This document shows positions 1-12,510 of a stretch of 64,000 nt of DNA, in pieces. Source of the DNA: the human T2T-CHM13v2.0 reference genome, Homo sapiens. The stretch is from the NCBI RefSeq assembly GCF_009914755.1, contig NC_060930.1, one strand, 5' to 3'. The notes under the pieces are model-generated. The model searched no databases. It had not been told where the DNA came from and saw nothing but the letters and a program-made list of their open reading frames with translations. Position numbers and translations under genes: made by a program. How positions within the stretch are numbered: the stretch's first letter is position 1; each line of letters opens with the position of its first letter.

Positions 1-1180
1 ACAGCTTTATGGTTTGTGATCTTGGTTTTCCTCCTTTCTCTTCTATGTTGCTTCTAGCCATTCTGGAGCATGTTAGAACTTCTCCAGAGGGAATGATAAG
101 GGAAAGCAGAACTGATTGTATCCAGAAATCTTATTGTTCATTTATTATAAAGGTCAAAAGCTTGGGGAAGAAATGTTGAGACTGAAGTCTGAAATTAACA
201 TTTTAATTTATCTTTGCTCATTTTGTTGTTGATATGATTATTTGATAATGGACTATTCTAAAAACATGGGAGAAAATAAAAATATTTGAATAAAGAAAGT
301 GCAAGAACAAAATGGGCATAATTTAGTAATGGATAGCTGCTGACTGCCCCACAGGTGCCTTGGATATAACCAAGGTAAAAAAAAAATTTCTTCATCTAGA
401 GACTGGTTCTGCCTCAAGGTAGGGGATTTTACTTCCAATATCAGTGCATATGAAAAAATGTATCAGAAACTCAATGTTGCGCAAACTTCAGGAAGTTCTC
501 TGAGGTACAGATGAAGCTTTTATAACTGGTTATATCTAATGCCTCAATATGATGCAGTGGAAGTCTCCCAGGAAAGTTATAGCAATGTTTCCTTCAAGAA
601 AAATAATTCTTCAATGTTTTCTTAACTGTGCGGGATGGAGATACCAGTTTTATGGCATTGAATTGTTGGGTGACCCTAGAGAATCCTAAAATGAGAGGAG
701 CAGCAATAGCTTCTTCTGCGTGAAACAGACAAAATGCATGTTTTTGAAAAATTCATTTGAGAAAAACGTGTAAGACTGTCTTCCAAAATCTGAAAGACAA
801 GACAGATATCTCTAATAGCACAATTCAAATGCTGCCTGTGGACCAGAGGTGGCCCACTAATGGATGGTTCCCCAGAGGAAGCATCCAGAAACTTCTTGAG
901 CTTCCAATATCAGTGCATATGAAAAAATGTAGTTTTTCATTGTAGCACCAAAAAAGATAGAGTATCCAAACACATGTTATCTTTCTGATTTTTCTTTTTT
1001 ATTGTATTTTAACAGTGTATTGGTTTGTGCTAAATTGGAAATATAAAAAACCAGTTTATCACCACATTGAATGTAAGAAACACTGTTTTCTATTTCCTGG
1101 CACAGTAAAGAGCTACATGATTGTTTAGAGCTCCTGATTCAGCCTTTTTTTAAATAAGTACAAACAAAAGCAATAGAGTA

Positions 1181-1489
1181 TTCATTCATTCATTCATTCA
1201 TTCATTCATTCAGGATGGAGTCTTGCTCTGTCACTCAGGCCAGAGTGCAGTGGTGCGATCTTGGCTCACTGCAACCTCTGCCCCTAGGTTCAAGTGATTC
1301 TCCTGACTCAGCCTCCCGAGTAGCTGGGATTACAGGTGTGTGCCACCACACCTGGCTAATTTTTGTATTTTAAGTAGAGATGAGGTTTCACCATGTGAAA
1401 TCCTTTCTCAGTCTCCTGACCTCAAGTGATCCACCTGCCTCAGCCTCCCAAAGTGCTGGGATTACAGGTATAAGCCACTGCACCTGGCC
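1181..1489 (-). mobile_element. AluS-type element whose tail has become (TTCA)8 (1181-1212)
   Basis: Antisense Alu body (gagtcttgctctgtc...gtgctgggattacagg...cctggcc); degenerate TSD tagagta/tagagca. Confidence 0.92.
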
Positions 1490-2399
1490 TAGAGCATCCT
1501 TTTAAAATAAACTTATTTTAGAAACAGTTTATTGATAACCCATGGCTCCAGGAATGGCCTTAAAATGCTTACTTATGACACAAATAGTACATATTATACT
1601 AACAGAAATCTTCATGTGAGAACTACACTGAAAGTTTGAATTTTTCACTTTTTTGCATTTGTTTTTTCTTAAAGAATTTACTCAGAAAGTATTGATTTTT
1701 TTAATTGCGAAAAAATTTGCTGAATGCACTTTTGGTTTGAACTTCATTTTAACATTAATACTGCTGATTTAGATTATAAGGAAAGAGATTAAGTCTCATA
1801 TGAAGGAAATACTATCTTCAAAATGAAACCTTGGTTTCAATGACTTTCAGATACCATTTTCACCAACTTAAGTTTGTAAACGTTCTCAAAGTTTCCGTGG
1901 ACTTGCCAACTGGTTTTCATTGTTTCAGAAGAATTAAATCAAAGTTCCTGGTGTCAGATCAGCTCAGCACTGAAGTTTGTTAATTTCAGCCAAGCTTATT
2001 CTACCTCTTATTTAATTTTTTATGTTTACCTAAAGTATAACACTGGAAATTAAGAAATCATATCAAATATGGTATTCATTATATGAAAACAATGAAAGCG
2101 AGCAGGAATTAAAATTTTGCTAGTAATTTCCTTCTTTTCAGTCCTTTAAAAATAATGAAAGTTGGAATTGTTTTATTACTCTCAGATACTTTTTAGTATA
2201 GAAGGAAATTTCTTCAGAGGAATTATCAAATAAAATTAATAAAAAGAACACTACTATGTTGTCTCTTCATTTACTAAGAGATTTATAACTTATTGCTTAA
2301 AACACTCTGTCCTCCAAAGAAAGATAATAAAAGGAGGTAAGTTACTGTACTGTGAATGTATTAAGAATTGTCCTTGTCACTCGTCAGCTTTGTGCTCCA

Positions 2400-2418
2400 C
2401 TGCGCCATCTTGTGGAAG
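2400..2418 (-). promoter_or_regulatory. Candidate CTCF motif (minus strand TTCCACAAGATGGCGCAG); also contains a YY1-like core AAGATGGCG
   Basis: Close match to the CCASYAGRKGGCRS-type CTCF core; retained CpG in a CpG-poor context. Confidence 0.55.
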
Positions 2419-2493
2419 ACGTCTTCAGGAATCCTGCTAACCAGCACTTTCTCTGTACTTTAATTTCTCCTCGTACACGTCTTGACCTTCTAG

Positions 2494-2715
<222 letters not shown>

Positions 2716-5700
2716 TAAATCTCACCTTTTGAAATCAGACCAAACAAAACACTGTCCCCACCCTCAGACAATTCTTTCAGAAAAGTCCTAAAGAGGCCGC
2801 TAATGAAGTGAATAAAGCTGAAGCTTCAGCCCCCTTCTAAGGCCCTGTAGCCATAGTGGGAAAATTCCTAATTAGGAGAAATAGATTAGGTAACTCTTAA
2901 AGGTTTTTGTGACAGGAAAATATCTTCAAATAAAATTATAAATAAGCCATTAAAAATGTGGAGAAAGACTTTTTCAAATAAAAAATATATATAGGGTGAC
3001 TCTTTCTTGGTCTTACCTGTTTTCTTTTGTTACACAACTTTTTGACAAACCCTTAAATTTGGGCTTCCTGTTTAGATGAGATTCTGTTTCGTTAACCTGA
3101 TTTGATGTGCTTTAGAAGATGGAATGCACACTATAATGTTTACCTAACTGTAGGTCTTAATTTCTTATCCATTTTCTAAATTTCATGTAGCATATCCATC
3201 TGGCCCTATAACTAGAGTATTTAGGTTGTTAATACCTTTTCACTCTAAGGAAAATTTTATCTGAATCCTATTTCATTATTTTAAAATTTATATTAATCAG
3301 CATAGCTACTTCTCACTTTACCATGAAACAATTGTTTGTGTCTATATCATCCTCTGTATTCAATATGTTTATGTCTTACAAAATGTTTACTTTTTAATAA
3401 TTCCTTATAATCTGAGGTGGTGGTGGTAAGACTAGGTTTTGGTTACTTATATGTCCAAATGTTTCTACATTAGCTTGTGATTTTAGTAATTTTTAGATGA
3501 AGCCATTGTTAAGAAATAGTACTTGTTTTAACTTTGAACACCAAGGATCTGATATGGCCGATATTACTTTTCTAACCTAGGAGGGAATGTAGTGTGTTAA
3601 GAAGTTTACTTATTTATAAACCACTGTTATCATGTTTTAAAGTCTGTGAATAAAATATTTGAGGGTTCTCTATGTAAAGTCCTGTCCTATACAAGGAGAA
3701 CAGCAAAGAAAGCCTAATGTATAATCCAAGATTGTAAGCAACATTCTAATATCACTAAATAAGGCTGAAAAACAGTTTTCTATATAATTATATAAACCTG
3801 CACATATATTTAATCTGGGTGGAGGAAATTGTCAAGTTTTTAAAAACTTGGTTGTCCATCTTATTATAACATTTATATTTCATAAGTATTTTGAGTTTGT
3901 TTGCCTTTTGAGGCATTAGAAGTTGGACACTATGTTATAGGATAATTGTTCTGGAAAGCTCTTAGACTAGCCCTAAAAGAAAACAAATAATAAGAAATAG
4001 ATTTGAATTAAAAATTTGAAATCAACTCCACATACCACGTTTCCTACCAGATTTATTTGGTCATGTGTAAATTGGAAAAGGGTGAAGGAAAAAACAAGCT
4101 AGTAAAATGTATTTTATTAGGTTTATAGATGATGTGGTTTGGAATGAGGAAAAGTTGGTTATGAAAGACTGGCTCACCTACTGTAACGTTGGTTTTAAAC
4201 TGTGTAAACTTTGTTTGGAAGTAAGTTTTTTTGTTTGTTTAATTTGGTTTAGTTTTGTGAAAGGAAGAAAAAGGTTGTTTGTTTGTTTTAAGTGAGTGAG
4301 TTGAGGGTGGAGGAAAGGAATAATTTTAAAAAATGCAGTTGGAAGACCACCCTCAGAACTTAAGGGACAGGCCTGCAGCAGGCACAGCCCCTGTGAGTCA
4401 GCATCCATTGTAAAAACATTCATGTTGCCATGATGCCTAAAGAGGCAGGAGTAGATGTAGATCTCTTTGAATTCAACTCTCAGGACAAGCCACGTTAGGA
4501 GGGTAGACTTTATCTGGTTTAAAGGGCCAAGGAGGTAAGCAGGGAGGGCCATTCCTGAGATGAGCCTGTGTTGAGTCCTAGGGTGAGGAGCAGGGCCCTG
4601 GGTGTTGAGGGAGTGACAGAGAAACACAAGAGCTCTTCATCAAAAAAAGAATATATAGGTAGGCATGAGTTTTTAAGTCATGAAAGCAGCTTTTGTTCTA
4701 ATAAATATTGTCTTCATTCATTGTTCTAACTAGGCTAATAAGTTGTTAAGTAGTAGAAAACCAGAGTTAAATTTGCTGTTAGTGTAATGAAAAAGCATAT
4801 TTTTGTGTGTGTAAAAAGTGCAAGTCGGGATTTTATACTATTGATAATAATTTCGTGTATACTTTCAGCCTAACCATCAATTCCAAGCCACCCAAAGATA
4901 GAACCTTTCACATGGCAGCAGCTGCCCGAAGTGCAAGGATCCCTCTCCTAAAGGAAATCGATTTTCTGAGCTGGTACAAACTCATAGCTAATTTGGAAGG
5001 AGTAGAGCAATAGATTGCTCTTTTAATGCCTCCTTTCATAATCAAAGTAGCAAACCATTATTGTTTGTTATTGACATCTATTACCAGATATTTCAAGCTG
5101 TGACCCTCATACGATGCCATTGGGGGAAAAAAGTTTGCAGTCCATATTTCAAAGGGAGGTGCATTTAATTCGTGATGGTTTTCTAAATGAGTGTATGCAT
5201 TTTCCTTGGCAGCATTTCTATCTTAAGTGATCCGGAAAGTTAGGACTCAAGATTAACTGTTGTGTAGAAAACTATCAGAAGGGCAAGTACATAAGTACAT
5301 GCACGCAACCTTTCCCTCATGGAATTAAAAACCCCTGGTGGGTAGAATTTGTGCCACAGATGGAGCTACAGCACTGTTGAATTTGATTGCTTTGGGAGAT
5401 GTTGTAATTTTACTATTACCAAAAATGTTTGTTTATAGCCCAAAGAACGGTGAAACTTTCCCTATGAATTCCAAAGGAACTTTGACACATCACCAACCTG
5501 CTATTCACAGATTTAAGTTTGTTCACAGATCCTGGCATTTTTTGTGCAGGATGTTCATAGCTACTAAACCCATTTTTGAGCATTTCTTTAGGAAACTGGG
5601 CAGAGATTCTGGGAACCCTTTTGTCCCCTGCCCCTGGATTTCTAGTCTTCATGTTTTCTTCCATTTCTCTCTGGTCCAAATGTCAATTCCATTTCAGTGC

Positions 5701-6254
5701 TTAAGTCTCTTTAAAAAACCAACAGTTATAATTGCACTAGGGGAGGTTTAAGGGCATGTTATGTGTAGAAATTTATATTAATTTGAATTTTAATGTTTAC
5801 CTTCCTGGAGTTGGAAACGATAATCCATACGATTGATTTCTTTGAAAGAAATTCATCACTTAGTCAACAACAATTAAACTTTTGTTTTGACTAAGCGAAG
5901 GCTGAAGTAAGAATGATTTGAGTGATTTCTTGGGACCTGTTATCTGCTGGAGGATAACTAAGCTTCTAATCAAACTTAATTTTATAAAGTTAAAGAAAAA
6001 GGCAGTTCTTTTTAAACAGAGTGTCAGAAAAGGGAATTTTGTTTGTTTCCCATAAGATAAATGATCTTTTTCTTTTAACGAGAAGAAACTAAGAGGTAAT
6101 CTAGTTCAGGTGGTAGGACACAGTGGGGAGGAAGATAACACAAACTATTAAAATCACCTGCACTGTTTTACAGCCTGTGTCTACTCTCTTAGCCCCCGAG
6201 AGTCTGACATCTCCTTAACTGCAGGGCGGAAAATTAAATGGTTTAAAAAGCCTT

Positions 6255-6480
6255 CTTATTCATGTGCTTAACACTTATGTAGTACCTGTGACGTTCAGGC
6301 ACTATTCTGAGCTCTTTGTGACTGTTAACCAGTTCAATCTTCATAGCAACCTGAATAATAAGGTCTTATTAATACCTTCTGTTTAACAAATGAGGAAACT
6401 GAGGGAGAGAAAAGTAAAGTAAGTAACCCAAGGTTAACCAAAGGCAGGCAGTTTGGTGCCAGAGTCTGCATTTAACTAGT
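6255..6480 (-). mobile_element. MIR fragment
   Basis: Core-like ttaacaaatgaggaaactgagg...agtaaagtaagtaacccaaggt, preceded by aatcttcatagcaacc; boundaries approximate. Confidence 0.6.
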
Positions 6481-7984
6481 CTGCTATAATGAGTATATGG
6501 ATTTCATCTATGGTATTTCTTACAAAAGGATTAAAATTTGCATTCAATTTAGTTATACCACATTGATTTCTGTAAAATAGGTGCTTACTAGCCCCAGATG
6601 AAATGAACATGTGAACAGAAACACAAATAGAAGGCGTAGTGTAATATAACCATAATGGTAGCCTGTAGTTTTTAAACATTGTTGGAAACGTGTGTCAAAT
6701 ATCTGCTGTGTTCAGTTGTTATCCAATTGTTAGAAATGAAGTTGCCCACTTTTGGCTTACCTGAAACCTCCTGTGCCTCTCTATATGTTATTTTGTTGGT
6801 GACAATGATTAATTAGTTTTCCTATATGCTTCTTATCATTTCAACCCACATGCCTTATATGTCATGCTGAAACGTGTATTTCTTTAGAATCTTTATTGTT
6901 CACAGACCATCTGTTCTTCTGCAGTTGGGTGCTCTTAGGAAATCAGTATTCTGAACCATATCTTTGAACTTTGGTGTCTTACTGGTCCTTGGGGTATTGA
7001 AGGATGCAGTTTTAGTTCTACTGATTAGTTATCTCTAAATATTTAATTTGTCACCATATATAGTATACCATCTTTAAAAAATAGCAGAAGTTTGGGATTT
7101 AAGTAGTATGCCAAGTGAGTGAAGAGCCAGTGTCTGCTCCTTAGGCATAACTAGCTCACTAATTGTATGTAATTCTTTCAATTATTTTAATGAGCATCAT
7201 ACCAGTTTTAAATCAAAAGATATTCATGCAGAGGAGCAGTTTGTCCGCTTATTGCTGTTCCTAGGAAAAGAATCTTAAAAAGCTTGAATTATTACAGAAC
7301 GCATCTTTGTGAATCCTGTCTCCAATGATAAAATAGCAATTATTTTCCCTTAACAAATTCAACTTCAAATTTCAGTATATATTTTTTAAGTTTTTAAATA
7401 CAGACTAAAATTCAGCAAAAGTCTATTTGACTTGGTCAAAATACTATTTTTGAGAAGAAATTTAAACAAATGGCCTTATTCTCAAGTACCAACAGTTATT
7501 AATGGAACTAATCTATTCACAGGGTCGCCAAGCACAGACTATTGAGTCAATATGTCTCATCTAAAATGGTTTACACTAATATTAACTATGTGAAGAGGGT
7601 TGTTCAAATCATAATTGTTAATTTTCTCATAATTTTATTCTGTAATGTCTTTTTCTTACTGATATTACTTTTGAAAACAGAGTTAACTTTTTAACTAGTA
7701 GAAAGCAATTGATTAAAACACCTTTATTTCCAAATTCTAAGTTTCAAAATTACACTCTGAGTCCAACGAAAATGGTTAATGTGTGTTCCTCAAAATTTGT
7801 AATAGTATTTTTTTATTTTTTATTTTATTATTACTATTATTTCTTTCCTCAGAGATCCTTGTTCTGATGTAATAATATTTGTTACAGTCCTTTGTCAAAA
7901 TGCCGGGAATGCATGTCCCATCCCTGAAGAGTTCATTGTTGCCTCAAGACCCAGAGTTACTCTTTTAATTTTTAAATCACATGA

Positions 7985-8340
<356 letters not shown>

Positions 8341-9679
8341 AGACATCTTTTTTAAAGGATTAAAACAAGGCCTAAGGTACAGTGTTGACTGCCCTCACAG
8401 GCTACCCAAGAGACAAAAGATTTCCCTCTTATTGCAGTTATTTCTAGAAAGAGATGAATCCTACACCTTTGCCCTGCAGGTAACAGAGCAGGCTTCACCT
8501 CCCAGAGCCCTAAAGCTCCCAGTAGGAGCTAAACTCCTAAGGGAGAAGATGGGGCATACTAAATAAATCCCTCCACAAAATGACTTCAAACATGAACCAA
8601 TTGTGACTAGTCAGGGCATTCCAAAACCAGCACCCAAATTGGGCACCTGACTTGTTGATTGGAAATGGTGATTCTTATGAGCTTAATTTTGACATGTAAT
8701 TATCATTATAAAAGGTAATTTTGTAATCATAAACTAAACATGAACTATATTAAATGTCTCTAGTAACCTGCAGATTTATAAAACAGAAACCATTCCATTT
8801 TCTGTGTGTGTGCATATGACATAGGAATATACTTAAGGAGGAAAAATTGCAAGTGAATTTTAATTTTAACTGAGTCTAAATGAATTAAGTTATTTACAAG
8901 CAGTCACAGATTTAATGGCTCCTGGGTATAGTACAGTAGAGCCAATAGTAAGTGAAATAATTTCTCTAAACTCAGTCTTACTTTTCCTCCCTTAGAAACC
9001 TCATGCTTTTCAACATGCCATGATGACATTTGCATCAACGACGTTTCGTTTATGTCAAAAAAGCTCCAAATTATCACTGCTTTCCAGTTAGAATAAAAGA
9101 TCAAATCCCTTTGGGATGAAAGGTTTCCTCTTTAATTTCTGAGTTAAACAATATTCAAATTGGAGAAAACAATGTTTTTAAATACTAAGGATGTAATTCT
9201 TGTCTGTATATATGTATGTGAGAGAACCTGCCTAAAGAGGAAGACAATGGGAAGTCCTTAAAGAGGACTTGTTTACCCAGGTGATGGGGTAAAAGAAACA
9301 TCTGGAAGAAGGTGGCTGCTGGCTCTCAACAGAGCCCAGAGGAGGAGGCAGTTGTACTTGATGTTGAAGTCTTAGGTAGCGATGAGCTATCAGAAGATCC
9401 CTTAAGCCATGCATAGGCTAGATGGCCATTCATTTTTTCAACAAATGCTTATTGTCCATCCATCATATACCAGGTATTCTTGGCTTCTTGCTAGGAATGG
9501 AAGGTGAAAGAACCATTGTATCACCCACCAGGCTTGCTACATTGAGGGGAAGAAGTGGCAAGGTAGTTTTGGTGGATCACAGAACCACCGTCTGTGTAAA
9601 TCACTTGAATTTGCTTGGATGCTGGAAGCTATGAATCTACCACTGAAATGAGGTCATCAAGAAAGGCTTAAATTCATAC

Positions 9680-9960
9680 AGGTTACATCTTTCAAACCTT
9701 TGGTAACAACCCACTAGTGAGTCATGAAATCAGTATAATGGTTGCAACCAGGATTAAAAAAAATGATCTGACATAAAGTATGAATATATTTTGTATCATA
9801 TTAAGTATCATAAGTAACATATTATACAAAATGTATCCATAAGTATCATATTACACCAAATGTTTGTTTCAGTTATACATACATGCATGTGTAAATTGGG
9901 GTGTGACATAATAACATATATGTCTTAGGAATAGGTCACAGTCAAAAAAGTTTGAGAAAC
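9680..9960. mobile_element. Probable hAT-Charlie MER-type DNA transposon relic
   Basis: acccactagtgagtcatgaaatcag... ending ggtcacagtcaaaaaagtttgagaaac; family not resolved. Confidence 0.4.
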
Positions 9961-10639
9961 TTTCATCTATAATAACTCTCTCTACCTGGTGTGTTTCAAC
10001 TTTCTCAAAATATTAGCCACACAGCAGCTCATGCATGATCTTATTATTTCTCCACTGCACTGTCCAGGTCAGGAAAGGGCCTGAGCAGAGATGCAGGAGT
10101 AGAAGAGGATTTGGTACCCTGGAGAGCCTCTTCTAAATAGGCTCATTGTTTGTTTCATTGTTTTGAGCTCCCATGGAATCATTTTTACTGAAGAGTGCTT
10201 TTGCCTTATGTTGTTGATCTTCATTGAGGACCACTTTAATAAATATCCCTATGAAATTTGTTACCATATGTACTCTTTATACTGTCTATACCACTATTAT
10301 TGTCACTCTGTTTTATCTTAAAGTGCAATTGTTACAGATACATCCAGGTGAGATTGCAGGCAAGAGTAGTGGACGTTCTGAGTAGTTTGCCTTCTGTCTT
10401 ATGGACACGATGGATTGTGCCATGTGTCTCACTTTGGTATTGTTAACTGAGAGGCTCAGAACTGAATGTGCATTTGACCTATAAAAAGTGTGCAGTACCT
10501 GAAGAAGTGTAGTTTGTTGTATTAAGCTGTAATTCTGGCTTCATTTTTTTCTTCATTGTCTTTACTCATTAAAAAAAAAATATTGCTGTTACATATGGGC
10601 CTCAGCTCATTTTCAGACTGAGGTGGTTATACATTAGTA

Positions 10640-12510
10640 AAGTGAAAAATTAGATATGGTGGGAAAGTGCTCTGGTAAAGGTAGGCAGGTTGCTATGGAA
10701 GCACAGAGAAGTGGTGTCCAGCCCAGCCTGGGGGAGGGGTGTTGTTAAGGAAGGCTTCCTGGAGGAAGGTTCTATGCATCATGCCTGGCACATACTAGGC
10801 CCTCAGTAGCTGCTGTTACAATGAGAGATGGCATGAGAAAGAGAAGTTTGCTGGAAGGAAAATGAGTAAGTAAATTTAGTAGGGAGAGTGGCACATATAG
10901 AGCTCTGGAGTGAAGACAGAACAGTGCAATTTGAGGAACTAGTATAAATTGAGGAACCCAATTTGGGGAGGCTGGAAGGGAAGGCATGAGCCTTATCACC
11001 CAGAACCTTGTAGATCTCACTTAAGGGTTTGTTTGTCATTTATTTGTTTATTTTTAAGGTAGCAAGCAGCCACCAAAGGTGAGGAAGCTGTAAGATGGGC
11101 TAGGTTTTTGCAGAAACAGTGGTGACTTCTGTTTTGTTCATCAAGATTGAGGTACTCACAAGGCCCTGGTTGTGATGTCCAGGAGTAGCTCTGGGGCTCA
11201 GTAGTCAAGTCTGAATAAGGAGTCATCCATGCCCAAGTAAAGCCACAGTACAGGTACGCTCACCAGACTGCCTTCCCTGAAGTGATCATTGCCTCTTTAG
11301 TTCTATCAGCATTGTTCTTTTTTCACATTCATGATATTTATCTCAATTTACCTTCAGCGGCTAGGTACAGTGGCTCACGCCTGTAATCCTAGCACTTTGG
11401 GAGGCCGAGGCGGGCAGATCATGAGGTGAGGAGATCGAGACCATCCTGGTCAACATGGTGAAATCCTGTCTCTACTAAAAATACAAAAATTAGCTGGGCG
11501 TGATGGCACGTGCCTGTAATCCCAGCTGCTCAGGAGGCTGAGGCAGGAGAATTGCTTGAACCCAGGAGTTGGAGGTTGCAGTGAGCCGAAACAGCCTGCA
11601 CTCCAGCCTGGCGACAGAGTGAGACTCCGTCTCAAAAAAATAAAAATAAAAATTTACCTTCAGCTACAGGTACATATTTTCAGCTTCCTACTTGACATCT
11701 CCAATTAGCTGTTCAAAAAGTATCTCATATATAGTATGTCCCAAATAGAATCATTGAGTTCCCCCTTTCCCTCCCTAAGGCTTCACCATCAGCTTTGTGA
11801 CTTTCTATTTCTACCCATTTGTTCTGAACTCTACCTGTCAGCCTCAATCTCTCTTGTTCTTTCACTGTCCAAATCTGCCTTCCCTCCCTCATCCAAGACA
11901 TGTTTGATTCTTGTCTGGACTCTTGAAACAGGCTTGTACTTCACACTTCTACCTTCACTGTTGCTTCTGCAGTCAATCGATCCCCTATTCAGTATCCAGA
12001 AGAGTTTTCTAAATGGAAATCAGATTGGTATCTAAGGTGTCAAATCCTCTGATAGCTTCACATTGTACCCAGAATAAGGTTCATGGTCCATAAGGTCCTA
12101 CATGGTCTGCCTTCTGTCTCTGTCTCCTAATCTTACTTTAGTCTCTCCTTTGTTCTCTTCCCTCCAGCCACTGGTGCTTTTCTTGCTTTTCCCTAGAACT
12201 TGTCCAGGCTCCCATCTCAGCTCTTGTTCCTTCACCTTGGAATATTCTCCACCAACTTGTCCCATGGCTGTCTTCGTGCTGTTTAGGTCACAATTCCAGT
12301 GTTTCTTTCTCAGAAGTTGTCCTTGATCCTCTGAGCCAAAGAAGCCTTCCAGTCACCTCGCATATTATATTATCTTAGCACTTATTAGAACTTGAAGTGA
12401 TCTTACTTACTTGTGAAGGTATAAGCTTCTGGCAGGCCAGGACTTTGTGCTGTTGACCACATATCCCCAGTATCTAGAGCAGTGCCTGGCACAAAATTGC
12501 TAAGTAAAAT
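10640..12510. mobile_element. L2 fragments in both orientations, interrupted by an Alu
   Basis: L2-like phrases ggaaggcttcctggaggaagg, ctacttgacatctcc and 3' end ccccagtatctagagcagtgcctggcac; boundaries approximate. Confidence 0.6.
11359..11650 (+). mobile_element. AluSc-like element
   Basis: Sense Alu with A-rich tail; perfect 14-bp TSD aatttaccttcagc (11345-11358, 11651-11664). Confidence 0.95.

Noticed and set aside
4121-4226. Possible cryptic exon ending GAA|gtaagt
   Set aside because: Acceptors lack a pyrimidine tract and both give early stops; not distinguishable from chance.
4861-4980. Exon-like segment (…NLSHGSSCPKCKDPSPKGNRFSEL)
   Set aside because: The good acceptor (4868) leads to an in-frame TAG, the alternative AG has no pyrimidine tract, and the donor ctg|gtacaa is poor.
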